From positions 2,847,648 through 2,911,647 of the forward strand of contig SMSO01000014.1 in assembly GCA_004764695.1 (NCBI GenBank): a DNA stretch of 64,000 nucleotides, in the 5' to 3' direction. The DNA is from Schizochytrium sp. TIO01 (taxonomy: Eukaryota > Protista > Bigyra: Labyrinthulomycetes). Position 1 is the stretch's first letter; every line of letters starts with the position of its first letter. The notes under the pieces were generated by a model. The model ran no database searches, was not told the DNA's origin, and saw only the letters and a list, made by a program, of their open reading frames with translations. The translations under genes were made by a program, and so were the position numbers. Shown here one piece after another: positions 21,041-32,332 of this stretch.

Positions 21041-23413
21041 ATGGCCACTCGCACTCGTATAACCAGGGTCACTCTGTATCATTCATTATCTTGCTTGAAT
21101 AATTTACTTGTCAAAATAATCGAGCAGACCCCAATTACAAAGGCCGGTACTTTTCAGGTATCTAGCTCTGAAGTGACAACAACACTGAAGGTGGAGAAGC
21201 TGGACAGGCCCTGTTATATTAACATGAAAAATAACCAAATTGCCGCGAGAAGCTACGAGCACATTTCTTATGAACACTTGAAAGAGAAAGAGCACATGCC
21301 AGAAGAACTTGAAGTAGGAAATTTGCTTGATTTGCACAATGAGGCCATAATTGATGTTGGTAAAAATGAATACCGACGGGGGAAGAATAGACACATTGAA
21401 ACTATTCTTTTCACCTGCACTGTCTTTATGTTCTGTATGGCAATGAGCTTAATAGCATCAAACTTAGAACTGAAAAAAAATGAAAACAGTCTCACAAACA
21501 TCTCGATGCAGGGTTCGAAAATATCCAGTGAAGCGGATAATGAAATAAGTGTACCAATATCAGAACCGAGGCAGTATGATTTCAATAATAACAAGCCAAG
21601 ACAACCAACGCAGAGCAGAGAAAAGACATCGATTCCATCCCAGAAAGAAAGCGTGAACGGCGTACAGATAGACTTGTCCCATTTTATCCGTGGGGTGTCG
21701 ATACTAACAGATCAAATTAAGTCTGAGTATGCACGCTTCTTTCAAGATCGATCTTTGCAAAGACTCGGAACATCTCCAGAATACAAGATTGACATTCATA
21801 ACAAATCGAAAGTAGAGCGCAAAGTGCAGCGTTACAACGAAATTGTTGCAGCCCGTGACACTTTCTGTGGAGACTTTGAGTCCTTCATCTTGAACCTTGA
21901 GGGGGGACTCCCAGCTAACTCAACAACGATACCGGAGTCCTCATGGAACTGGGAATTGGTCTTACCTGAGGAGTACGAGCAAGCCCCCGAAAAAGTTGTG
22001 TGCGGTGGTCCTCACAAGGGTTGCGGCGCAAAGTCTGTCTTGAAATCATATCGCTGTACATTTGCTGACCCATCACGCCCGAATGTTAACATCACTCTCG
22101 AACGTGTTGGTGCATTTAATCTTCCTGGAAACTATGATTGGGGGTCTGCCGCTTGGTCAGACGTTGGGGGTTTTAAGCATACGCATTACGGCAAAACATT
22201 TTCTGTTCTTGGTGGTATGTTTGTTCCAACAATGAAAAATGGGACAGAGATCGGTTATCCACCGCTGCATATTCATCATGCTCACCTTTATGCTTACAGT
22301 GACTTGAAGGAGCGCTCAGAAAAGACCATGCGTAACCATCAGTATCAGACAGATATTCATCATGTACTTCTTCAGGCACATGGAGACACTGAATGCTTTA
22401 CAGAGAATGGCGGGCGAGCGTGCTGGTTAGCTGAGCTTGATGAGGGGCTCGGGTATGTCGTATACGATCAGAGATCAGGGTTCGCTGCCGACTTCGATCT
22501 CAATAACGTTTTGAGCACCCCTCTTGTTGACGTTTATATGGATGTATATATCTTATGGAGGGATGAATTACCTGAGAAAGCAAGCACCTATGTTCACATC
22601 AGCAATGGTTGTTTTGGTGAAGGTACATGCACGTATGATATTCCCGCAGACGAAAGCAGCTCAATTTGGTGGCATCGCTATCAGTTTTATTTCCCTGGAA
22701 CCGCCTATAATTTTGAACTCCATACGCATCAGACCTTCTCAGATTCTACCTTTTTCATCAAAGGGAAAAATGTCTTCGAGAGGCTTGATAAATTCAGGAA
22801 AGGTCTTCCCCTCCCCCTCATTGTCGATTGTCATGAAGAGCTCGGAGATTCTTTGGAAGCTGCTAAGGAATTGATTCTCAATGCAGTTATGCAAGTCGAA
22901 GACGCTGAGCTTGTATGTGAACAAGTCAGGCCAAACCTACTCCTTGATTGTACAAACGTTAATACAACCGGAGAATGCATGGTTTTTGATAAGCGATTAG
23001 CGATTAATTGTCAATCCTCCATTCATGTTGACAAAGGCGATGAGATTGTTGCTATTGCGTTTAATCGTTCGCCTCCACGTCATTGGATATCCCGAGACTC
23101 AGATTTCTTCCGCTTACAATTATATGGAAATAAATTTGCCTTGAAGCAACATACAGTTCTTCGCATGCAATTTACTCATGATGAAACTTGGACTCCCGAG
23201 CGAGCATCAGATATCCCGCCTGCATTCTTCCACTACTCAGACCTTGCGAGTGGTCCAATCAATATGGATAACCTCACGGCAAAGGAAATTGACATCCTTG
23301 CACACTCTCATAGATATATTAGCCAAACATGCCCGAGCTCAATATCGTTTAACCTTGAACAAAAGAAAGCAGCAAAAGTTCATCACTCTACAACTACTTC
23401 ACCGGCACCATAA
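21041..23413 (+). CDS. Uncharacterised type II membrane protein with His motifs (possible copper-monooxygenase-like); start may be 21224
   Basis: Long ORF with one TM segment (ILFTCTVFMFCMAMSLIA), a stem region and a Cys-containing domain with HIHHAH, QAHGD, ELHTHQ and KQH motifs. The CDS is well supported; the function is speculative. Confidence 0.7.
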   Translation: MATRTRITRVTLYHSLSCLNNLLVKIIEQTPITKAGTFQVSSSEVTTTLKVEKLDRPCYINMKNNQIAARSYEHISYEHLKEKEHMPEELEVGNLLDLHNEAIIDVGKNEYRRGKNRHIETILFTCTVFMFCMAMSLIASNLELKKNENSLTNISMQGSKISSEADNEISVPISEPRQYDFNNNKPRQPTQSREKTSIPSQKESVNGVQIDLSHFIRGVSILTDQIKSEYARFFQDRSLQRLGTSPEYKIDIHNKSKVERKVQRYNEIVAARDTFCGDFESFILNLEGGLPANSTTIPESSWNWELVLPEEYEQAPEKVVCGGPHKGCGAKSVLKSYRCTFADPSRPNVNITLERVGAFNLPGNYDWGSAAWSDVGGFKHTHYGKTFSVLGGMFVPTMKNGTEIGYPPLHIHHAHLYAYSDLKERSEKTMRNHQYQTDIHHVLLQAHGDTECFTENGGRACWLAELDEGLGYVVYDQRSGFAADFDLNNVLSTPLVDVYMDVYILWRDELPEKASTYVHISNGCFGEGTCTYDIPADESSSIWWHRYQFYFPGTAYNFELHTHQTFSDSTFFIKGKNVFERLDKFRKGLPLPLIVDCHEELGDSLEAAKELILNAVMQVEDAELVCEQVRPNLLLDCTNVNTTGECMVFDKRLAINCQSSIHVDKGDEIVAIAFNRSPPRHWISRDSDFFRLQLYGNKFALKQHTVLRMQFTHDETWTPERASDIPPAFFHYSDLASGPINMDNLTAKEIDILAHSHRYISQTCPSSISFNLEQKKAAKVHHSTTTSPAP

Positions 23414-24341
23414 TCTGGACAATTGAACTTTAGGCTTTAAAATCTCGCCTTGCCTAGCTTCACTAGCACGATAATAAATATATATGTCCTAGACATTCAA
23501 TAGTTGAAGATTGCGCCTTACTTCGTTACCTTCTATTTGCATACAAATTATCGAAGCCGAGGCCATCGTCGCTGGTCTTCTGGTCGTCTGCTGCAACAAC
23601 TATTGGAACCACATTCGTCTCCAATATCTCAATCTCGATCCTAAGCCGAATAAATCAGCGCGGCCGTGCTGCTCCATACTCAAAACTTGCAGGACAGTGC
23701 TCAGTTTATCTGCGCCTCCGCGAATCGTTCATTCCATAAGCTATTCAACACATAGATCTGAAACGAAGGTCTTAGTTTCCTTTGGCTATTGCTCTCGGAA
23801 GGCCCAAATTAAGCTCTTTCCGTCTCGCGGTAGTTAGATTCCGGCCAGAAACGAAGTGAGGAGATATAAAGAAAATAGAAATAGAAATAATGTAATCGTT
23901 CGTACTCCTGAGTTCATTATACAAGCTGATCTACAAATTCTTCACCAACGGCGAAACCTTAAGTCGCCATCTTTCTTCTTTCAAGGGCTCCTTCGGCTAA
24001 CTTCTTAAATCTTCAATTCATCTTGATTCTTGAACTTGAAGTTTCTAACCACCACCCCTGCGGGTCTAACTACCGCTACCCCTACAGTTTTGATTAGATG
24101 ACATTAATTGCGTTTAAAGAAAGAAAGAAAAGATTGAATTGTGTGGAACTCGAATTTTAAAGTTAAAAAAAACACCGCATTGGAAATTGACAGAGCATTA
24201 CAAAGCAAAGCAAAGCAGAGCAAAGAAGAGCAGAGCAAAAGAAACAAACCTAACCGATTCCGTTGCCAAAGCCGAATCGACTCACGATCGCGGTCGCGTG
24301 AAGCTAGGTTGTTGTAGTATCTCGCAACTACGTTGCGCAAG

Positions 24342-25931
24342 ATGAGCTCGAGCGCCAGCAAGGCGGCCGCTGGTGTGCCAGTAAGCCTTGTGGTTGCCGT
24401 GGCTGAGAACGGCGGCATCGGAATCGATGGCAATCTCCCGTGGCGTCTCCGCAATGAGCTTCGCGTCTTCAAGCAAATGACGTGCTCTGTGAATGATGCT
24501 GCCAAGAAAAATGCAGTAATCATGGGCCGCAAGACCTGGAGCAGCATTCCCTCCAAAATGAGGCCTCTCGAGGGTCGCGTCAATGTTGTGCTTTCTCGCA
24601 AGGCCATTGACAGTACCGGCGTAGAGAGCCTCCGCAAGGAGCTCGACATTCCTGCTGATGTGGATGTCTGCGGAAGCCTCGATGCCGCTCTCAAGGCGCT
24701 CGAGTCTCGCTCTGATATTGAGCGAGCATTCGTCATTGGAGGTGCCAGCGTCTATGCTGAAGCCCTTCTTCATGAGTCTTGCGAGAGTGTGCATCTCACC
24801 AGGGTCTATGGTGACTTCAAGTGCGATACTTTCTTTCCTGAGATGGACGAAGCTGTTTTCCGATGCACAGGACACCCTGAGCTAGCCCCTGAGGGGCGTC
24901 AAGAGGAGGAGGGCATCTCCTACGAGTTTCTGCTTTTTGAGAAGAACCACAACCCTGCTGAAGGATCTCGTTCGGCAAGCCCAGTTTCTGCAGCCAGTGA
25001 AGCACCTGAAGAAGCAGCCACCCCTGCAGTTGCCCGCCCTGTCCCCGCTGCACCTCATGGATTGCGCCATGAGGAATATCAGTACCTTGATATGGTACGC
25101 TATGTGCTTGAGAATGGCGATGACCGCGGTGACCGTACTGGAACCGGAACCCTCTCGACGTTTGGAACTACCATGCGTTTCAGCCTTCGCGACGACACAA
25201 TTCCTCTTTTGACTACCAAGCGCGTCTTTTGGCGTGGTGTTGCTGAGGAACTGCTGTGGTTTGTCTCTGGCGACACCAGTGCCAAGACACTTCAGGAAAA
25301 GAACATCCACATTTGGGATGGAAATGGATCGCGCGAGTACCTTGATAAGCTTGGCCTGACCGATCGTGAGGAGGGCGACCTTGGTCCTGTTTACGGTTTT
25401 CAGTGGCGTCACTTTGGTGCAGAGTACAAGACCATGCACGATGACTACACCGGTCAGGGCGTTGACCAAGTTGCGCAGCTTATCAATACAATCAAGAACA
25501 ACCCGAACGACCGTCGCATGATTATTTCTGCCTGGAACCCGGCTGCCTTCCATTTGATGGCTTTGCCTCCTTGCCACATGTTTGCTCAATTCTACGTGTC
25601 ACGCGGTGAGCTCTCTTGTCAAATGTACCAACGCTCTGGTGACATCGGCCTCGGTGTTCCATTCAACATCGCATCTTACGCCCTTCTCACTCACATGGTC
25701 GCGAAGTGTACTGGACTCAAGCCTGGTGAATTCATTCATGTCATTGGTGACTGCCACATTTACAAGAACCACGTTGAGCCGCTTAAGGAGCAGCTTGATC
25801 GTGAGCCCCGCGAGTTCCCGAAGCTTAAAATCAACACTGACAACACTGACATTGATAAGTTCAAGTACGAGGACTTTGAACTTATTGGCTACAAACCGCA
25901 CAAAACGATCAAGATGGAAATGTCTGTATAA
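24342..25931 (+). CDS. DHFR-TS: Bifunctional dihydrofolate reductase-thymidylate synthase
   Basis: DHFR motifs: [42 protein letters not shown] motifs: [58 protein letters not shown]. Confidence 0.98.
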   Translation: MSSSASKAAAGVPVSLVVAVAENGGIGIDGNLPWRLRNELRVFKQMTCSVNDAAKKNAVIMGRKTWSSIPSKMRPLEGRVNVVLSRKAIDSTGVESLRKELDIPADVDVCGSLDAALKALESRSDIERAFVIGGASVYAEALLHESCESVHLTRVYGDFKCDTFFPEMDEAVFRCTGHPELAPEGRQEEEGISYEFLLFEKNHNPAEGSRSASPVSAASEAPEEAATPAVARPVPAAPHGLRHEEYQYLDMVRYVLENGDDRGDRTGTGTLSTFGTTMRFSLRDDTIPLLTTKRVFWRGVAEELLWFVSGDTSAKTLQEKNIHIWDGNGSREYLDKLGLTDREEGDLGPVYGFQWRHFGAEYKTMHDDYTGQGVDQVAQLINTIKNNPNDRRMIISAWNPAAFHLMALPPCHMFAQFYVSRGELSCQMYQRSGDIGLGVPFNIASYALLTHMVAKCTGLKPGEFIHVIGDCHIYKNHVEPLKEQLDREPREFPKLKINTDNTDIDKFKYEDFELIGYKPHKTIKMEMSV

Positions 25932-26290
25932 ACTCGATAAATCTTCATTTTATACGTCCCGCAAGGGCACATACAACTGCTTCTTCAAAAGCACACCTAA
26001 GCGAACTGTACTACAGAATTAACATTCAGAATCATCTTATCCTTATCTCATGGTACTTATGGATTTTCTGCTAAAGAGTAGTTTGGGGAAGGAAGACCAA
26101 AAGGAGCAGATATTGCGGTGCAAGGTTGTATGTCATACAAGCTTATAAGCTTACAAGGAATTCGAATGCTTAGAGCATATGTTGAGGAATGACTCAAGCG
26201 ATAGGTAGTAAGCAGTCCATCGATTTGAGAAGGCATACAATAATACTCAAGCAAAAAACAATTCATCAAGTTAGTAGACACAAATATCGT

Positions 26291-26803
26291 TTACATAGCA
26301 GGAAGAAAGTGAGCACTCATGAGCGCTCCGAGCCAAAGTACACCAAGAACAGCTGGCGTAAGAAGCCCAAATGCAGGCCAGAATCCAATAATGAGAAAAA
26401 GACCACTCAACAATGAGATGCCGCCTGTAACAGGCAGCATTTGAGGACTGTAAACTGATGGTTCCACATCGCTCTTTAACACGCGCGGTACAAACACAGC
26501 CATATAGAGAATGAGACAAGCTGCCACAATAAAAAAGAAAAGTCCAATACTGAACGATATTTGATTGAGTTTTTCCCCAGAACGTGCCACATTGATGAAA
26601 TCGGAGTACCATCCCGTGAAGCCAGCTGCAAGTACCCATAATGCAGCATGCATTTTCACAGCATATTCCTCGGCTCGCTGAGAACGAACTGCGCGTGCTT
26701 TTGCTCTGGTAGTCTTGGAACCACTGACCTGGCTTTGTACATCGTCTTCACTAGGTGTCTCACTCACCCGCTGATACTGCACTCTACGCGGACGGCTGGA
26801 CAT
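26291..26803 (-). CDS. TMEM128: TMEM128-like four-TM membrane protein
   Basis: HAALWVLAA...TDF-like YSDF...YSPQMLPVT...FWPAFGLLTP, with four hydrophobic segments. ATG chosen at 26803. Confidence 0.7.
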   Translation of the reverse strand: MSSRPRRVQYQRVSETPSEDDVQSQVSGSKTTRAKARAVRSQRAEEYAVKMHAALWVLAAGFTGWYSDFINVARSGEKLNQISFSIGLFFFIVAACLILYMAVFVPRVLKSDVEPSVYSPQMLPVTGGISLLSGLFLIIGFWPAFGLLTPAVLGVLWLGALMSAHFLPAM

Positions 26804-27796
26804 ATCTTCTTGAGAAAGAATCTTGCCTTGAAGAAAGTTCATGCACCAAAGAAAGCTCAATTATTTTCCAAGGGGCCTATCTGTATTTGTGAGTAGACTT
26901 TCGAAAAGGGTGACGAAGCAAGCCAACTACTTTGCAAGCTTCAGGCTAATGATATATTGCCGGAGCTTCGTTGCAGATCACCAGGAGGCTAGCACAAGTC
27001 CGCCACGTGGCACCGACCTCAGCAACCTTTACAAGAGCAGGATACTTCCGCCACCACACAGGTCCACCCGAACTGAGCGGAGCGTGGTTGAGCCCGGTTT
27101 TTAGAACTGATGCACAAACAGTCAGTCACCTTCTCCGACAATTGACACCCGCCCAAAAGAACAATAAAAAACTTTTTAAAATCGACCCTTTATAAGGGCC
27201 TAGATGATGACACCGCGGCTGCGCAACGCTTTTAGGGGAAAGTATCCGTTACGATACCCAGGTGCAAAATCAGATATGGGTATTAAACCGAACTAGTCGC
27301 TTCCTTAGGCTGCTTCATTAAACCATTGGCAATATAAAAATAAGTAGGAGGTAGAGTTGATACTAATAATTAGAGTTAGTCATAAGAGCTTGCGTTCAAA
27401 TCGAAAGGGGAGAAAATATGCATGTGTGTACAAGATTCGCCTTTGAGAGAACAACCCTTCTTGGTAATCTATGCGGAAGAATATAATTGGCTGAATCTGT
27501 TTGTTGACGAGCTCAGTGTTTGGCCTTAGCACGCAGAAAGCATAAAATTGCGAGAAGCGCGCAATATCTACGGAAGTGGGAATTGCTACCTGGCACAGGT
27601 GCGCCAAGCTAAGCAATACTGCATTTTTTTTGTTCATCAAAGAGTCTCTACAAAGTATCATTTGCGACGGCCTTGGTGAACAGCGTGATCCAAGGCCATT
27701 ATTGTGGCACGCGTTCACCAATTACAAAGCACGTTTCCTGCAAAGTCTGAAGCAGAGACTTTGTTCCCCACATTATCTTGAGCTTAACCTGGGAAA

Positions 27797-28667
27797 ATGG
27801 AGAACGACCAAACCTCCAAGGGTATTTCTCAAAATGAGGAGAAGGAGCTTCTCCGCGTATACAATACCTTGTGTAGCTACCATCCGAAAAGTAAGCTATT
27901 TGTAAGGCTTCAGCCAAAACGTGCGCGGAGAGACCGTCTGGTCGCGTATAAAAAAGCTCCGGACAACATTGTCGTCACAAATAAAGAAGGGGAGGTGATG
28001 TCTCCTGAGGAGGTGGATGCTGAGTATGAGGTTCTACGCCTGGAAATTGCTGCATTAGAGAAGGAAGTATCTGCACTTGATAATGATCCACAACGGCGAA
28101 TTCGTGCGGTTGATTTAGCCGAGTGTCTTAGAACCCTTGGTAAACCAACTACAAAAAAAGATATTGAAGAGATTATTTGGGAGGTTGACGAGAGCCTCGA
28201 TGGGGTTGTAGACTGGGACGAATTCAAATTGACATATCAGCGGAATCTTGCTGACACGACAGGGCTTGAGCCATGCCAGCTGTTCAATGTCATTCAATTT
28301 ATGATCTATGATAAGGACGGTAGTGGGAAGGTTACTGTGGATGAAACAATGCATATGCTTTACACCCGGTATGGCCGAGATAAGCTCGAAGGCGTAAGTT
28401 TTTATTCTTATTTTCTAACAGCTATTTGTCATTTTTGGGATAATAAAGAAACGGGGAGATAGATTGGAACTGACTGTTTATTATGATTAATGATACCTTC
28501 TTTTACAAATTTGCATATGGTTGATATTTAAACAGCAAATGAAACTCCTCTTCGGAGAGGACCTATCAACACAGGACGGTGATGGAGAACTCTCGTTTTC
28601 CGAGTATTGTGTTGCTATTCAGCGGACCAATAAAGGCCGCCAAAACGGTGGTGGCAACCATGTATAA
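27797..28667 (+). CDS. EF-hand calcium-binding (calmodulin-like) protein, 2 exons (27797-28393, 28536-28667)
   Basis: EF loops DESLDGVVDWDE and DKDGSGKVTVDE; after splicing GTAAGT(28394)..AACAG(28535), exon 2 QMKLLFGEDLSTQDGDGELSFSEY supplies a further EF hand. Confidence 0.88.
28394..28535 (+). other. Spliceosomal GT-AG intron (142 nt)
   Basis: GTAAGT donor, AT-rich body, AACAG acceptor; splicing restores the frame and an EF hand. Confidence 0.85.
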
Positions 28668-28774
28668 TCTAACTAGTTTCCCTCGATAGTTAATAAACAA
28701 ATTAATCATTTGTAAAGCGTTTCTTACTTACTGCCATCCCTCGCAGGCTATAGAGAACCTTATGGACATGTGTT

Positions 28775-30166
28775 CTAGGACGCATTAGAGAGCATTTGAC
28801 GAACAAAAAGCTCGTGCTGGGCACGCATGGCATGGGTTAAATGATCTAGTTCGTTCACACGTTTCTCCAGTGCTTGATCTGCCGTTTTTCTTGCTTTGAG
28901 TTTAAGATCGTCTAATTTGGTGTAGTTTGGATGGCGATCGACGACTTGCCCCGTTTTTAGGCAAAGATATCGTGCTCCGGTTTTGGATTTAGATTGCTGT
29001 TCACGAGATTCTTCGCTCATGTCGTCTTCGGAAAGAACCCACCCTGGAGGAAGCTTGGCACGCTTCAGGTGATGTGTCACGCGTTTCTCGTATGCTAGAA
29101 TCTGTTGCTCGCACGTTTGCTGCTCAGCAAGCTTCAGAGCCTCGATTTCAAGCACCTCACGTACCAAGGTTAGTTCTGATTCAGCAATTTGTTCAAGCAC
29201 TCCGTCTCTGGACAGTTTGCCAATCAACCCCTGACGCGTAGCACGCCATTCCCGTGCAATTCGTGCATCGCGTTTTTTGTCTGCTACCCAGCGCCTATAT
29301 TTTACCTCTCTTCTTGCCACCCAACATCGGACAAACGATTGAATGCGTACAAGACCATCCACTGCATATTTCGATTCAAGAACAATGCCAAGAGTTGAAC
29401 TTCGCTTCCAGAGACCTTTTTTATGCGCGAACCGCCACCACCGCTGCAAAGCACGTGCGTGTCCTTGTGTATAGAGCCTCTTAAGGATCGATTTGCGGTA
29501 AAGAAATCCCTTCCAGAAGCGTACAATACAGGCTCCGGCTTTATGTTGCTGGAAACGCTTCCTTGCAAGATATCCTCGAACATAAATCTGGATCATTTGT
29601 GCACTGTTTTGTCTTCGTGACCTCTCTACGCGATGTCTCCAGCGTTGAGTCCATATCTGGCCAGGCTTTGGACCAAGATCTTCTTGTAATTCCAGTAAAT
29701 TAGAAATGAACAGCCTGTTTGTATGTACAAGAGCTAGAATACCTTCTGTTGTAGTTTCTGTGGAGTTCAAATTCGGCCAACAATGCAAACATAGAAAGTC
29801 TGTAAGGTGACTTTGCTCCTTTTCACGATTCACGCAGGCAACTTTGACATGTTGTTTGAGGCTTTGTAGTTCAGTTGGGCTATATTGAGCAAGGAGCTCG
29901 GGTTGGCACCGCTCAAGCGTGAAATCCTCATGCCTCCTCCTCCACTCCTCGCGAAGTTGGCATTGCCTTCTTAATTTATTATCGGGATTTGCAGATTGTC
30001 GCTGCTCCCAGAGCTGAAGAGCATCTTGAGCTCTTTGCACTTCGAATCGGAGTAGCTCGTCGAGATCAATTTTTGTGAGTCCCAGCAGCCCTGCGTCGAG
30101 CTCAGCTGGTGCCGCAGGTTCCTTCATTTGCAATGCCATCTTCACACGAGTTTCATTCTTACTCAT
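28775..30166 (-). CDS. IQ-motif calmodulin-binding protein with WW-like C-terminal element
   Basis: IQIYVRGYLARKRF, LQRWWR and IQSFVRCWVARR; LPPGW...YLCLKTGQVVDRHP. ATG at 30166. Confidence 0.75.
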   Translation of the reverse strand: MSKNETRVKMALQMKEPAAPAELDAGLLGLTKIDLDELLRFEVQRAQDALQLWEQRQSANPDNKLRRQCQLREEWRRRHEDFTLERCQPELLAQYSPTELQSLKQHVKVACVNREKEQSHLTDFLCLHCWPNLNSTETTTEGILALVHTNRLFISNLLELQEDLGPKPGQIWTQRWRHRVERSRRQNSAQMIQIYVRGYLARKRFQQHKAGACIVRFWKGFLYRKSILKRLYTQGHARALQRWWRFAHKKGLWKRSSTLGIVLESKYAVDGLVRIQSFVRCWVARREVKYRRWVADKKRDARIAREWRATRQGLIGKLSRDGVLEQIAESELTLVREVLEIEALKLAEQQTCEQQILAYEKRVTHHLKRAKLPPGWVLSEDDMSEESREQQSKSKTGARYLCLKTGQVVDRHPNYTKLDDLKLKARKTADQALEKRVNELDHLTHAMRAQHELFVRQMLSNAS

Positions 30167-30742
30167 TGTCCGAACTCGTAAACTCCACAATGCACGAACA
30201 TTAAAATACAAATTGTCTCAGACTCATGAGTTGCTGCTGGGCCCCTCAATTTATTTTGCCTCCAAGCCAATTAGATGACACAGCAATCCATCCGTGCAAT
30301 GCACATGGTCCCAACGGACGACTATTCATACCATCATTAGTTTGCTTAATTATGGTCCATAATCCCGACAACCAGTTCTTAAAGAGGCAGGTCTTTCATT
30401 AGTACTACCTACTAGGTACTAACCTACTCCATAACTTTATGAAATAACATAGGATAGTGCTACTTATACCTAAATAAGAGTACTCGTACTAATACAATAG
30501 AACGAACAAAATTGCTTCGGAAATGAGTGGGAAAAAGCATTTATTTTAGCCTAAGGGCATAACGACAAGTGTGGATCCCGGGTCCGTCGTCTCGTCCGCG
30601 GAGCATTTCCTATCGATATCTTTGCGACCAAGCATATCGAGCTCAAGGCGGAGAGCTCAAAGAAGGATTGATTGTATTGCTGCAGAATCAGTTTATCTGT
30701 AGTGTTGCAACCAACCACCCTGGGCTTTGGGTGTTGTATTGA

Positions 30743-31747
30743 ATGAGCATGGCTGCGGCCCTGGATTCTGCTCTGGAGCACGTGCGGAGTGTGTTTGAGG
30801 ATGAGCTTGCAGCAGAGCGAGAGAGGCATGCTGCTGAGATTGAGGAAATCCGTAGAGAGCACGAGGATCTGGTTGAGAAATTGGTAGCAGAGAATCAGAG
30901 GCTCGTAGAGGAAAGAAATGGACTCATCGCTCAACTAAGCCACACTCGTCCTGGACCAACCATGACTGTGCCGCCTGGGTCGCCTGATACAACGCATTCA
31001 CGAAGCCTTCGGATGAGGGAAAACCTTCGACCAGCAAAAGTACAGACGTCGGGACTTAGTTCTATAGTGCCGACTCAACTCTCAAGCCCGGTGAGTAAAC
31101 CCGGGTCGTATCGGAGTCAAAGCCAGAGTCCATATGCACGGCGAAAAGCTTCTTTTGATTCTGAATTTACTAATACTACCACTGCTGACAACGCGAGCAA
31201 TAATAATATTAAATCCAATAACAACGCACCGTACCAACAGCGTCGACAATCCCAAAGCGGGTTGCAGCGATGGACATTGAGCCCTCGAAATAGCTCAAGT
31301 ATGTCTGACTTGAATCTCGACACAGACACCAACCACCATGCAGAGTTATTGGCAGAAATTGATGAACGCCTTAGCGCTCGATCACACTCCTGGAGCGCCC
31401 CACGTCAGAAATCATATCAAACCAGACCTTCTCTAATGCGCGTTCCTTCATCCCCTTCTGTACTATCTCATTCATCATCTATGTCACTAGGTATCACAAC
31501 CCCGCGCGCAAGCGCTGCAGATCCTGAGGAATTATCACGATGTGGACGAGAATTTTTTCGTAAGGCGCGATCTCTACTAACTGAGGACCAGTTTGCACAA
31601 TTGTTGTCTAGCATGAAAGATCTAAATCGTGGACAAACACGGCGCGAGGAAGTTCTTGCTACGGCACAAGGTCTCTTTCACGATGCTCAAGCACCCGAAC
31701 TTTTACCAACATTTGAACAATTACTGCAAGGCCAGATTCCTGCCTAA
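30743..31747 (+). CDS. Coiled-coil protein with At4g15545/NAIP-like C-terminal helical domain
   Basis: N-terminal coiled coil, Ser-rich linker, then GREFFRKARSLLTEDQFAQLLSSMKDLNRGQTRREEVL (cf. GKEFFRQARxRLSYEQFxxFLxNIKELN). Confidence 0.72.
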   Translation: MSMAAALDSALEHVRSVFEDELAAERERHAAEIEEIRREHEDLVEKLVAENQRLVEERNGLIAQLSHTRPGPTMTVPPGSPDTTHSRSLRMRENLRPAKVQTSGLSSIVPTQLSSPVSKPGSYRSQSQSPYARRKASFDSEFTNTTTADNASNNNIKSNNNAPYQQRRQSQSGLQRWTLSPRNSSSMSDLNLDTDTNHHAELLAEIDERLSARSHSWSAPRQKSYQTRPSLMRVPSSPSVLSHSSSMSLGITTPRASAADPEELSRCGREFFRKARSLLTEDQFAQLLSSMKDLNRGQTRREEVLATAQGLFHDAQAPELLPTFEQLLQGQIPA

Positions 31748-32332
31748 ATAATTTCTAGTGTTGCTCCCCAAGGTTATTTGGGTTTATGGGTGTCTCAACT
31801 CCTAGGCTCTTCAAGTGGCCAAGATTGCGTATTTGCATCCGTCTTCTCTAAAATCTCAGGTATAACTAACTACCTTTTGTGAGTTCCGAACAAGAGGTAA
31901 GATCCATATATTAAAAAAAAAGGAATAAGCAGATGCTAATTTATTATCAGCCAATTTTATTTTAGTTTGTTCATGTGCAGTTTCGGTACAAGCAACCAGA
32001 AAAGAGCTTGAAAATATTGCATTCTGGGCTTTATGTATGTTTATGTTTTTACTCCAGAAGTGCTTTCATGCGAGAAATAAAATAAACAGATACCAGGCTA
32101 GAAATCATCAGACTTCTATAAACAGAGCTTTGTTGCCCTCTCGCATTTCTCCCCGTCTACTGCATCCTCAATAACGTGTGCTAACACCTCTGCAACGAGG
32201 TCTGGTAAACGGTTTTCGTGAGGAATTTCTAATATTTTTAAAGTGAGATGGAAACATGGCTGGTTTAAGTGCGATGTCAAAGTGCAGGAATCAATCGCCT
32301 CTACTACCAAAATATTACTACAGGGATAATTT

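Noticed and set aside
23500-23970. Coding-like minus-strand fragments upstream of DHFR-TS
   Set aside because: Multiple stops and no recognisable homology; cannot be named.
24104-25901. Antisense ORFs over DHFR-TS (210, 197, 235 and 100 aa)
   Set aside because: Shadow ORFs of a conserved gene; the same applies to those over Hsp40 and the AAA ATPase.
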